This document shows positions 1 through 7,056 of a DNA stretch of 9,649 nt, piece after piece (position 1 is the stretch's first letter; each line of letters begins with the position of its first letter). The notes under the pieces are model-generated. The model saw only the letters and a list, made by a program, of their open reading frames with translations. It ran no database searches and was not told the origin of the DNA. A program made the translations under genes and the position numbers. The stretch is from Caedimonas varicaedens (lineage in GTDB: Bacteria; Pseudomonadota; Alphaproteobacteria; Caedimonadales; Caedimonadaceae), in assembly GCA_001192655.1 (NCBI GenBank), contig BBVC01000053.1, forward strand, positions 1-9,649, written 5' to 3'.

Positions 1-798
1 TTTATAAGGAGGTTTGACGATAACGCTTGGAGAAAACTTTAGCCTTTCTTGGAACTGGCGTTGCCTCTCTTGGTCTTCCTTTTTTTTCTCAGCAAGACGT
101 CTGCGCTCATGAGACTTCTTCATAAAGTCACACATCTCCTGAAAGCTTGGCTCTTTGATGAACCCAATACTACTTCCATTAGAATTCCCGAAACCACCGC
201 CGCCCATAACTGTTTGAGGATAGAGGATCTTTGGATAGACAGTAACTTGAGGAATATACTGTTTTGCCTGTGGGTCCCACCAGAAATCCTTCTCTTTCCA
301 CCCCCCTTTAATGAAGTCTGGTTGTTGCCAGGGTTTCATCCCACCCAACAGTCCGCCCTTAAACTCCAGCTTATAGCCATCTTCACCTAAAGGGCTTAGC
401 CATGCGGTATAGTTGAGAATAAAGAGAGTCAACTGCTCTGTTTTTAAATCCCACGGAAGATTTTGAACATTATGTTTTTGAATCATTACAGGAGAGGAGG
501 GAAGAGAAACTTCAGCGGCTGATTGTTCCGACAGAGCGTCTTGAGGTTTCCTCAGTCTGTGAACCACCACCTGCTGCTGCTCTGTATCAATCTCTACATG
601 GCTCACGTCAGCCACATTGGAAAGACGGGGTATAACATGCAATCGCTGCGGCGTTTGAGAGTCCTTAAAATCAAGCTCGATGATTGCTTCTGTCGCCCAG
701 GCAAAATGAGGGAAGGATAGAGAGAAAATCACCCCGTAGATCATCCCCTTTTTGAAAAAGTTAACAAACTTGGAAAATATAGAGAAAACTCTGATCAT
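1..798 (-). CDS. Hypothetical secreted protein, N-terminal 266 codons only. The ORF continues past the left window edge and is absent from the supplied ORF track.
   Basis: The minus-strand frame starts at ATG 798-796. I checked every plus-strand triplet in register 1-3, 4-6 ... 796-798 and found no TTA, CTA or TCA, so there is no minus-strand stop down to base 1. An in-frame stop upstream at 811-813 makes 798 the first possible ATG. The N-terminus MIRVFSIFSKFVNFFKKGMIYGVIFSLSFPHFAWA/TEA has a basic n-region, a hydrophobic core and an AXA-type cleavage site, so it resembles a Sec signal peptide. Further in there is a Trp-rich stretch (KGGWKEKDFWWDP), a Gly/Ser run (GGGGFGNSNGSS) and a highly charged stretch (HERRRLAEKKKEDQERQRQFQERLK). 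I recognise no family. The + strand track ORFs 49..390 and 523..720 lie antisense to this frame. Confidence 0.6.
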   Translation of the reverse strand, partial: MIRVFSIFSKFVNFFKKGMIYGVIFSLSFPHFAWATEAIIELDFKDSQTPQRLHVIPRLSNVADVSHVEIDTEQQQVVVHRLRKPQDALSEQSAAEVSLPSSPVMIQKHNVQNLPWDLKTEQLTLFILNYTAWLSPLGEDGYKLEFKGGLLGGMKPWQQPDFIKGGWKEKDFWWDPQAKQYIPQVTVYPKILYPQTVMGGGGFGNSNGSSIGFIKEPSFQEMCDFMKKSHERRRLAEKKKEDQERQRQFQERLKFSPSVIVKPPYK

Positions 799-836
799 TT
801 GATGTCTTTTTCACAAAGGAGTCACTATTCCTCATC

Positions 837-864
837 TATATAAGAATTATGACCTCATTGTCTA
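837..864 (-). promoter_or_regulatory. Candidate sigma70-like promoter for the 798..1 gene (TAGACA-N16-TATATA)
   Basis: The minus strand reads TAGACA (plus 859-864), a 16-nt spacer, then TATATA (plus 837-842), about 38 nt upstream of ATG 798. This is pattern matching only, and alphaproteobacterial promoters are poorly predicted this way. Confidence 0.2.
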
Positions 865-1059
865 TATCTGGTTTAAGTCGATGATTTTTTTCTTTTTCAG
901 AGAGGGAAGGAAAATTCCTTGCAGAGCGCGCGTTCAAGAGAAATCTGTGATTTTATAAAGTTATTTTTTTAAAATCTTTCAAATAATGGTTGAAAAAAGA
1001 AGATAATTATTCCTCACTGACATCATCTTCAGAAAGAGAGCGAGTCTGGATTGATGATG

Positions 1060-1203
1060 TTACTCTTTTTCTTTCACAAGCCGTTCAGCCAATGACTGAA
1101 TATCCGCTGCACGCAATGTATCAGGACCACCCTTAAGATGGTATTGAGCCCGTTTCGATTGAGTTAGTGGATAATTTTGCAATCATCCGATCATATTTTT
1201 CAT
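1060..1203 (-). pseudogene. Possible remnant or nonsense-interrupted small ORF (47 codons with an in-frame TGA at 1185-1183); function unknown
   Basis: The minus strand reads ATG(1203) AAA AAT ATG ATC GGA TGA TTG CAA ... GAG TAA(1062-1060). This translates as MKNMIG*LQNYPLTQSKRAQYHLKGGPDTLRAADIQSLAERLVKEKE*. TGA is one transition from TGG (Trp). Alternatively, only the 40-codon TTG-initiated part (1182..1060) is real, or none of it is. I recognise no family. Confidence 0.15.
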
Positions 1204-1270
1204 ATCACTCTCATGAATAAAATTTGAGATCTAAAATTATTGATTTAAAACATTTCGTGCAGAGAAGAAC

Positions 1271-2191
1271 TCATATTGAATCTTTAAGATCTGTAATAGG
1301 TTTTCTGAATACATTAAAACTGTGAAGGGGGCGTCTTATCTGATTAACAATCAGTCCTGTTAAAATAAGAGCGATTGCCAGGCTTTGAATCAGTGTGAAT
1401 GTTTCTTTGTAAACCAGGGCAGACGTAAAAGTGCCAAAGACTGGGATCAGAAGATTAAAGGGAATCATTCGCTCAGGCCCATAACGTTTTAAAAGAAAGA
1501 CATAAAAAGAAGTAGCAATCAGGGTCGCACAGATGACAGTATAAAAAAGAGCAAAAAGAGAACGCCAGGTAAAAGTTTCAAGAGAATGAAGGGCTTGAGA
1601 AGGTCCTTCGACTGCCAGACTCATCAAAAACATGGGGATCATGGCAATAAAGGCACACCATATAGTAATGGAAAAAGGATTTGATGCGTTATGGGTATCA
1701 TTTTTAAAAGCAAGGCTGGCGTAACTGACCGACAGGACGGCGGGGATTATGAAAAGATAAGCCGCACTGGTTTCTTCTTCCATTATACTATGGGCAATCA
1801 TTGCAACACCCGTTAGGGACAGGATGACGCCGACAATTTCAGAGAGACAGGGACGATAATGGTAAAAAAGAGTGGATAAAATAATGACAACGATGGCCTT
1901 GGTTTGAAGCAGTAATGAAAACATACCTGCAGGAACCCCATATTTAAGCCCCAGAGTAATAAAACTGAGTTGGAAAACCCATAAAAACAGAGAAAATTTA
2001 AAAATAGCCTTCCATGAGTGGCGGGGACGAGGAACAAAAAAGATAAGCGGGAAACTGACAAAAAAGAACCGCAATCCCTGTTGAAAAAAAGGCGAAAAAC
2101 TTTCCAGACTCATTTTAATGGCGACAAAATTCGCGCCCCAAAAAGCAGAAAAACTCAGAGCCATCAATATGTGAAGAGGTTTCATAAACAT
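1271..2191 (-). CDS. EamA/DMT-superfamily (drug/metabolite) transporter, roughly 10 TM segments
   Basis: The 306-aa ORF is hydrophobic throughout, with about ten predicted membrane spans. Its length and two-half architecture are typical of EamA/RhaT-type DMT permeases (N-terminus ...AFWGANFVAIKMSLESFSPFF...). The stop is TGA at 1271-1273. The start could be ATG 2191 or ATG 2185. Confidence 0.8.
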   Translation of the reverse strand: MFMKPLHILMALSFSAFWGANFVAIKMSLESFSPFFQQGLRFFFVSFPLIFFVPRPRHSWKAIFKFSLFLWVFQLSFITLGLKYGVPAGMFSLLLQTKAIVVIILSTLFYHYRPCLSEIVGVILSLTGVAMIAHSIMEEETSAAYLFIIPAVLSVSYASLAFKNDTHNASNPFSITIWCAFIAMIPMFLMSLAVEGPSQALHSLETFTWRSLFALFYTVICATLIATSFYVFLLKRYGPERMIPFNLLIPVFGTFTSALVYKETFTLIQSLAIALILTGLIVNQIRRPLHSFNVFRKPITDLKDSI

Positions 2192-2304
2192 CTCGCAATG
2201 AGCAAAATAAGGGATTAATCCCCTCTGAAAACAAGAAATACAATATTCTTTTAGAAAGAAATATGCCAGATATTAATAACTGAAAGTTGTACTTTCTTGA
2301 ACCG

Positions 2305-3066
2305 TCACGCCTCTTTTAAGATACCAGATTTTTTTGCACTGAGCAGATAGTTAATGGATAAATCCTTACTTAACAAGAATTCTTTTTGCCAGAAATGGAA
2401 ACGCATCCCTTGAATATCCATGATTTCCATATTTGCGTGACGACAATAACGTGCTAACTCAGAAGGCATTAAAAAACGATGCCAATCATGGGTTCCCCTC
2501 GGGAGAAGGCGCAGAAGATATTCGGCGCCAAGAATGGCGACGCCATAGGATTTAAATGTTCGATTGATCGTGCTGAGAATCATCAATCCCCCCGGTTTTG
2601 TCAGTTTTGCAAGAGAGTTAATAAAATCCTGCACATTTGCCACGTGTTCCACAATTTCCATGGCAATAACAACATCGTAAGCCTCTCCTCGTTCGACGCA
2701 TTCTTCCGCTGTTGTCTGGTGATAGTTAATCGTCAATCTTTGATTTTCTGCATGTTGTTGTGCCGCCGTAATGGCTTTCTCTCCCGCATCAATTCCCGTA
2801 ACGTGGGCGCCGCATCTGGCGAGAGGTTCGCTCAGAATCCCCCCTCCACAGCCCACATCAAGGATTTGGAGACCAAGGTAGGGTTTCAAGGGGTTGTCTG
2901 ATAAACCATATACCTCGGCAATCTGCTTCCAGACGAACTCCAGACGCGCAGGATTTAAAAGGTGTAAAGGCTTGAAAGAACCGTGGAGCTGCCACCATTC
3001 ATGGGACAACGCTTCAAAGGCGCGTATTTCGTTTGAGTCAACAGTCGAGGAATGTGCTTTATTCAT
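2305..3066 (-). CDS. ubiG: Ubiquinone biosynthesis O-methyltransferase UbiG (3-demethylubiquinol 3-O-methyltransferase / 2-polyprenyl-6-hydroxyphenol methylase)
   Basis: The 253-aa ORF has the UbiG-type N-terminus (EIRAFEALSHEWWQLHGSFKPLHLLNPARLEFV) and SAM-binding motif I (ILDVGCGGGILSEPLAR). It also has the post-I/II regions (VTGIDAGEKAI, DVVIAMEIVEHV). A GGGAGA Shine-Dalgarno lies about 7 nt upstream of ATG 3066. Confidence 0.9.
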   Translation of the reverse strand: MNKAHSSTVDSNEIRAFEALSHEWWQLHGSFKPLHLLNPARLEFVWKQIAEVYGLSDNPLKPYLGLQILDVGCGGGILSEPLARCGAHVTGIDAGEKAITAAQQHAENQRLTINYHQTTAEECVERGEAYDVVIAMEIVEHVANVQDFINSLAKLTKPGGLMILSTINRTFKSYGVAILGAEYLLRLLPRGTHDWHRFLMPSELARYCRHANMEIMDIQGMRFHFWQKEFLLSKDLSINYLLSAKKSGILKEA

Positions 3067-3107
3067 AAAATATCTCCCTGAAAAGTAAAATTTTTTATCT
3101 GCTGGAC

Positions 3108-3893
3108 TTATCCCTGTCTTTTGATCATTTTTTGCTTTGTATCGGCGATTGCTTTGGCAGGATTAAGTCCTTTGGGACATGTTTGAGTGCAATTCATAAT
3201 GGTATGACATCTATAGAGACGATAGGGATCTTCAAGATTATCAAGGCGTTCACCCGTATATTCATCTCGGCTATCGTTAATCCAGCGCGAAGCCTGCAAG
3301 AGAACGGCTGGTCCCAAATAACGATCTCCATTCCACCAATAACTGGGACAACTGGCAGAACAACACATACATAAAATACATTCCCACAACCCATCCAATT
3401 TTTCCCGGTCTTCTGGACTTTGCAGACGTTCCCGATCGGGAAATTCGGGAGAAGCAGCCTGAAGCCAAGGCTGAAGAGACGCATATTGTGCATAGGCCAT
3501 ACTGAGATCTGAGACCAAATCCTTAATAACAGGCATATGAGGAAGGGGATAAATATGGACATCCCCCTTGATATCCTCGATATGTTTGATGCACGCTAAA
3601 GTGTTGGTTCCATCAATGTTCATGGAACAGCTTCCGCAGACGCCTTCCCGACATGAGCGACGAAAAGTAAGTGTCGTATCAACTTCGTTTTTAATATAAA
3701 TCAAGGCGTCCAGGACCATAGATCCACATGTCTCTCGATTCATTTCATAAACATCTATACGCGGGTTCTGGTCAGGGTGATCAGGGTCCCAGCGATAAAT
3801 TTTAAAGCGTTTAGTATTTTCTTCTTTTTTGGAAACCGAATAGGTTTTTCCCTCTACAACTCTTGAATTTTTGGGAAGTCTTATTTCAACCAT
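3108..3893 (-). CDS. sdhB: Succinate dehydrogenase iron-sulfur subunit SdhB
   Basis: The 261-aa ORF carries all three Fe-S cysteine clusters. These are [15 protein letters not shown]...C (2Fe-2S), [12 protein letters not shown] (4Fe-4S) and [17 protein letters not shown] (3Fe-4S). A GGAGA Shine-Dalgarno precedes ATG 3893. Confidence 0.97.
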   Translation of the reverse strand: MVEIRLPKNSRVVEGKTYSVSKKEENTKRFKIYRWDPDHPDQNPRIDVYEMNRETCGSMVLDALIYIKNEVDTTLTFRRSCREGVCGSCSMNIDGTNTLACIKHIEDIKGDVHIYPLPHMPVIKDLVSDLSMAYAQYASLQPWLQAASPEFPDRERLQSPEDREKLDGLWECILCMCCSASCPSYWWNGDRYLGPAVLLQASRWINDSRDEYTGERLDNLEDPYRLYRCHTIMNCTQTCPKGLNPAKAIADTKQKMIKRQG

Positions 3894-3929
3894 TTTTTCT
3901 CCGGGTGCTTTTGTGGCAGGTTGTTTTTT

Positions 3930-5723
3930 CTAATATACTCTTTTTTGGGGTAAAATGGTTTCAATTTCGCTGGTCAGCGTATACATATGGACAGGTCGGT
4001 AGCTTATTTTCACAGTTTTGGGGCTTTCAAGCCAAATAAGACTGTGTTTGAGCCAATTTTTGTCATCACGTTCGGGATAATCTTCACGAGCATGTCCCCC
4101 GCGGCTTTCTGTGCGATTGAGCGCAGAATGCAAGGTGACCACTGATTGTTGAAGCAAATTTTCAAATTCAAGCGCTTCCATAAGGTCTGAATTCCAGATA
4201 AGGGAGCGATCGGAAAGACCAATCTCCTTGAAGGCGTCCACGATCTTGTCCATTTTTTGAATCCCTTGCTCAAGTGTCTTATGATGGCGGAAAACAGAGC
4301 AATGAGCCTGCATGATTTTTTGCATGCCAGTGCGAATCTCTCCTGTTTTCAGGCTGCCTTGTGAATGACGAAGGGCGTCAAATCGCTCAAGTGTTTTTTC
4401 TCCTGCTTGCAGAGGAAGAGGACGATGAGGCGTCTGGGGCTTGAGAATTTCGATGGCTCTTAAAGCCGCAGCACGGCCAAAAACAACAAGATCCAGCAAG
4501 GAGTTTGTTCCCAAACGGTTTGCGCCATGCACAGAAACACAGGCAGCTTCGCCTATAGCCATGAGTCCCGGTACGACAGCCTCAGTATTTTTTTTGTCGG
4601 GGTTGATCACTTCAGCGTGAATATTCGTGGGAATTCCGCCCATATTATAGTGTACAGTCGGCACTACAGGGATGGGCTGTTTCGTTACATCAACGCCTGA
4701 AAAAATTTTTGCTGTTTCAGAAATTCCCGGAAGACGTTCATGAAGGAGTTGGGGTGACAGATGTTCAAGATGAAGATAAACATGATCTTTTGCGGCACCC
4801 ACACCTCTTCCTTCATTCACTTCAATTTGAATGGCACGAGAAACGACGTCCCGTGATGCTAAATCTTTGGCTTGAGGTGCATAACGCTCCATGAAGCGTT
4901 CTCCTTCTGAATTGGTCAGATATCCACCTTCTCCACGTGCCGCTTCACTCATCAGACAACCAGCGCCATAAATTCCTGTCGGATGGAACTGGATAAACTC
5001 CATATCCTGCAGGGGAAGTCCTGCACGAAGAACCATGGCGTTCCCATCGCCCGTGGATGTATGCGCACCTGTACAGGTAAAAAATGTTCGTCCATGACCG
5101 CCTGTGGCAAGCACAACCAAGTGTGCTGAAAAGCGGTGAAGTTTTCCGTCTTCCAGACACCAAGCCATGACACCTCTACAAGCTCCCTCATCATCCATGA
5201 TGAGATCAAGAGCGAGATACTCAATGAAGAATCGCGTTTTATGTTTTAATGATTGCTGATAGAGCGTATGTAAAATGGCATGACCTGTTCGATCCGCAGC
5301 GGCGCAGGCCCGTTGAGCCATCTTTTTTCCCTTGTCAATGGTATGTCCTCCAAATTGACGCTGGTAAATTTTTCCTTCTTCTGTGCGTGAAAAAGGAACG
5401 CCAAAATGTTCAAGTTCAATGACGGACTGCATGGCATTGCGGCACATGTACTCAATGGCATCCTGGTCTCCTAGCCAATCTGAACCCTTGACAGTATCAT
5501 ACATGTGGTAACGCCAATGATCGCCGTCTCCCATGTTGTTGAGAGCAGCGCTGATCCCCCCCTGTGCCGAGACTGTATGACTGCGTGTCGGGAAAACCTT
5601 TGTAATGCAGGCTGTACTTAATCCTGTTGCGCTCATTCCTAGAGCTGCTCGAAGACCAGCACCTCCGGCACCAACAATCACCACATCATAAGCATGATCG
5701 ATAATGTCATAGGCTTTCGTCAT
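3930..5723 (-). CDS. sdhA: Succinate dehydrogenase flavoprotein subunit SdhA
   Basis: The 597-aa ORF has the FAD dinucleotide fold ([15 protein letters not shown]) and the covalent-FAD histidine context ([14 protein letters not shown]). Active-site regions are present ([27 protein letters not shown]), and the C-terminal domain is full length. Confidence 0.97.
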   Translation of the reverse strand: MTKAYDIIDHAYDVVIVGAGGAGLRAALGMSATGLSTACITKVFPTRSHTVSAQGGISAALNNMGDGDHWRYHMYDTVKGSDWLGDQDAIEYMCRNAMQSVIELEHFGVPFSRTEEGKIYQRQFGGHTIDKGKKMAQRACAAADRTGHAILHTLYQQSLKHKTRFFIEYLALDLIMDDEGACRGVMAWCLEDGKLHRFSAHLVVLATGGHGRTFFTCTGAHTSTGDGNAMVLRAGLPLQDMEFIQFHPTGIYGAGCLMSEAARGEGGYLTNSEGERFMERYAPQAKDLASRDVVSRAIQIEVNEGRGVGAAKDHVYLHLEHLSPQLLHERLPGISETAKIFSGVDVTKQPIPVVPTVHYNMGGIPTNIHAEVINPDKKNTEAVVPGLMAIGEAACVSVHGANRLGTNSLLDLVVFGRAAALRAIEILKPQTPHRPLPLQAGEKTLERFDALRHSQGSLKTGEIRTGMQKIMQAHCSVFRHHKTLEQGIQKMDKIVDAFKEIGLSDRSLIWNSDLMEALEFENLLQQSVVTLHSALNRTESRGGHAREDYPERDDKNWLKHSLIWLESPKTVKISYRPVHMYTLTSEIETILPQKRVY

Positions 5724-5744
5724 AATTTAAACGAGCTTTCTCTT

Positions 5745-6149
5745 TTAAAATATTTTAAATTGAATAATGAACACAGACAAAATTCCCCATATCCCCAAAA
5801 TAAGCGCCAGCGCCTTAAAACTCAAAAGCAAAACAATTTTCAAAGGCTCGTGAGAGATATAATCTTCGATAATCACCTGAAATCCAAGCTGTCCATGGTA
5901 AAGTCCAGTTATAATAAGCAAAATCATAAGAACAGCTTCGCAGGGAGACTTGAGAAACATAACCAGCTCAGCATGTCCGACACCTGCATGGGGCAGCACA
6001 TGCCACATAAACCATAAGCCCAGAGGAAAAAGAGCAATGGCTGTGACGCGCTGCATCCACCAATGTTTGGTTCCGTTTTTTGCGCTTCCCAAACCGCGGA
6101 TAATCCCCAAGGGTGTTTTCATTGATTTTGGAGAAAGAGGATGTGACAT
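5745..6149 (-). CDS. sdhD: Succinate dehydrogenase hydrophobic membrane anchor subunit SdhD
   Basis: This is a three-TM small protein with HWWMQRVTA and a heme/quinone-site region (LYHGQLGFQVIIEDY). The track ORF starts at a TTG (6164) that would overlap sdhC by 14 nt. I prefer ATG 6149-6147, which has GGAG 8 nt upstream and lies 1 nt after the sdhC TAG stop (TAG-A-ATG). That start gives 134 aa. Confidence 0.88.
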   Translation of the reverse strand: MSHPLSPKSMKTPLGIIRGLGSAKNGTKHWWMQRVTAIALFPLGLWFMWHVLPHAGVGHAELVMFLKSPCEAVLMILLIITGLYHGQLGFQVIIEDYISHEPLKIVLLLSFKALALILGIWGILSVFIIQFKIF

Positions 6150-6150
6150 T

Positions 6151-6534
6151 CTAATCTCCTGCAATCAAGAACCAGGTTAATAAAGTCAGAATAATCGACA
6201 TACCGACAGCCAACCATCCTGATCGATGCACTGTTTTCAGATCAAAGCCATAACCCGCATCCCAGGCTAAATGTCGAAGTCCGTTACAGAGGTGATAGAA
6301 AAAAGAATAACTCAAGGCGAAAAAATAAGTTTGAATCAGCCAGTGGTGAAAAAAAGCCTGTATCGTCTCGTAAGAGAGCTTTCCTTCTGAAATTGCGGAT
6401 AGCCAAACAACCAGAACAAGCGCGCCAGAAGCCAGAAAAATCCCTGTAAGTCGGTGCAAAATAGAAAGAACAGAAGTAATCTGGAGTCGGTAAATTTGCA
6501 AGTGAGGAGCAAGAGGACGTTGCGTTTGAGTCAT
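6151..6534 (-). CDS. sdhC: Succinate dehydrogenase cytochrome b556 subunit SdhC
   Basis: The 127-aa three-TM ORF has the SdhC signature PHLQIYRLQITSVLSILHRLTG and the heme-ligand region HLCNGLRHLAWD. It is the first gene of the sdhCDAB order. Confidence 0.92.
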   Translation of the reverse strand: MTQTQRPLAPHLQIYRLQITSVLSILHRLTGIFLASGALVLVVWLSAISEGKLSYETIQAFFHHWLIQTYFFALSYSFFYHLCNGLRHLAWDAGYGFDLKTVHRSGWLAVGMSIILTLLTWFLIAGD

Positions 6535-6627
6535 AAAAATGCCTACAATAAAATTCCTGTGACTTTCTTTTTGTTTATACTGACGGAAGGATGTAAGCAG
6601 TGCAAGATTTTTTATAAGGAGGCAGAA

Positions 6628-6969
6628 ATGAAAAAAATAAGTTTAACAGCAGGAATGTTTGGTCTGATAATCTCTCTCTTTTTTTCAAGCGAGGGACAGA
6701 CTGAATACAAAGGAAAATTAAACTGCAAGAATATTAATTCTTTTTTGATGGACTATAATCTGTCAGATGGACGCATCCGGGGACTTTGTGATGGAGCGAT
6801 CAGCGCGTGTGTAGCGGAAGAAGCTTTGGGAAAACTCCCTGCGTCCAGTCCCTTGCATGCAGAGATCAGTGCAAAATTAAAAGACAATCTTGATTTGCAG
6901 CTTGATCTTTGCGAGGTAGGTTTTGCAGCTTTTGCTCCGTTGATGTACAAGGATAATCTGGCTCGTTAG
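6628..6969 (+). CDS. Hypothetical small secreted (periplasmic) protein, 113 aa, with 4 Cys in the mature part
   Basis: ATG 6628 is preceded by a strong Shine-Dalgarno, AAGGAGG (6616-6622), with a 5-nt spacer. The N-terminus MKKISLTAGMFGLIISLFFSSEG is signal-peptide-like and has no lipobox Cys. The track ORF begins at 6454, but that extension lies antisense to the 5' end of sdhC (6454-6534) and has no RBS. I recognise no family. Confidence 0.6.
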   Translation: MKKISLTAGMFGLIISLFFSSEGQTEYKGKLNCKNINSFLMDYNLSDGRIRGLCDGAISACVAEEALGKLPASSPLHAEISAKLKDNLDLQLDLCEVGFAAFAPLMYKDNLAR

Positions 6970-7056
6970 AGGGTTAGTATCAGGTCAGGGTCATCTTTCG
7001 ACTTGGAAGATAAAACAACATCGGCTACAGTTTAGCAAATAACTGAATGAGTTTGT

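Noticed and set aside
1-12. Exact 12-mer TTTATAAGGAGG at 1-12, repeated at 6611-6622, which looks like a shared RBS module
   Set aside because: A few exact 12-mer repeats are expected by chance in about 10 kb. The copy at 1-12 lies inside the minus-strand CDS, where its reverse complement encodes PPYK. Only a short ~33-codon TTG-initiated ORF follows it on the plus strand.
49-720. Plus-strand track ORFs 49..390 (113 aa) and 523..720 (65 aa)
   Set aside because: Both lie antisense to the uninterrupted 266-codon minus-strand frame (798..1). They have odd, low-complexity hydrophobic translations and no RBS, so they are most likely shadow ORFs.
1002-1012. GATAATTATTC, a partial Fur-box-like sequence in the long intergenic region
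   Set aside because: It matches only about half of the 19-bp enterobacterial consensus. The region is so AT-rich that such matches are expected, and alphaproteobacterial iron regulators use different motifs.
1183-1185. Idea that the in-frame TGA in the mini-ORF reflects UGA-to-Trp recoding (genetic code 4), as in some reduced genomes
   Set aside because: TGA clearly terminates the EamA gene (1271-1273), ubiG (2305-2307) and znuA (7948-7950) at positions matching normal protein lengths. The standard code 11 therefore applies.
2282-2296. Hairpin GAAAGT-tgt-ACTTTC just downstream of the ubiG stop, as a possible intrinsic terminator
   Set aside because: The stem is only 6 bp and mostly A/T, the loop is 3 nt, and no U-tract follows on the transcribed (minus) strand. 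It is too weak to call, so whether EamA is co-transcribed with ubiG stays open.
6454-6627. N-terminal extension of the track ORF 6454..6969
   Set aside because: The first part lies antisense to the sdhC 5' end (6454-6534), has no RBS, and translates to unconvincing sequence. The internal ATG 6628 has a near-perfect AAGGAGG Shine-Dalgarno and starts a clean signal peptide.
6981-6992. CAGGTCAGGGTC, resembling the conserved CAGGUCAGGUCC of bacterial SRP (4.5S) RNA domain IV, in the gap before znuA
   Set aside because: The downstream GGAA tetraloop and AGCAGC symmetric-loop partner are absent. No extended helix can be drawn, and the gap is only 87 bp, so this is probably a chance 11-12-mer resemblance.
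6970-7056. Search for a Zur box (a palindrome of the ...TGTTATAACA... type) upstream of znuA and of the 6628 ORF
   Set aside because: I found only a 4-bp AAAC/GTTT inverted pair around 7012-7033 and no convincing palindrome, so zinc regulation cannot be supported from the sequence.
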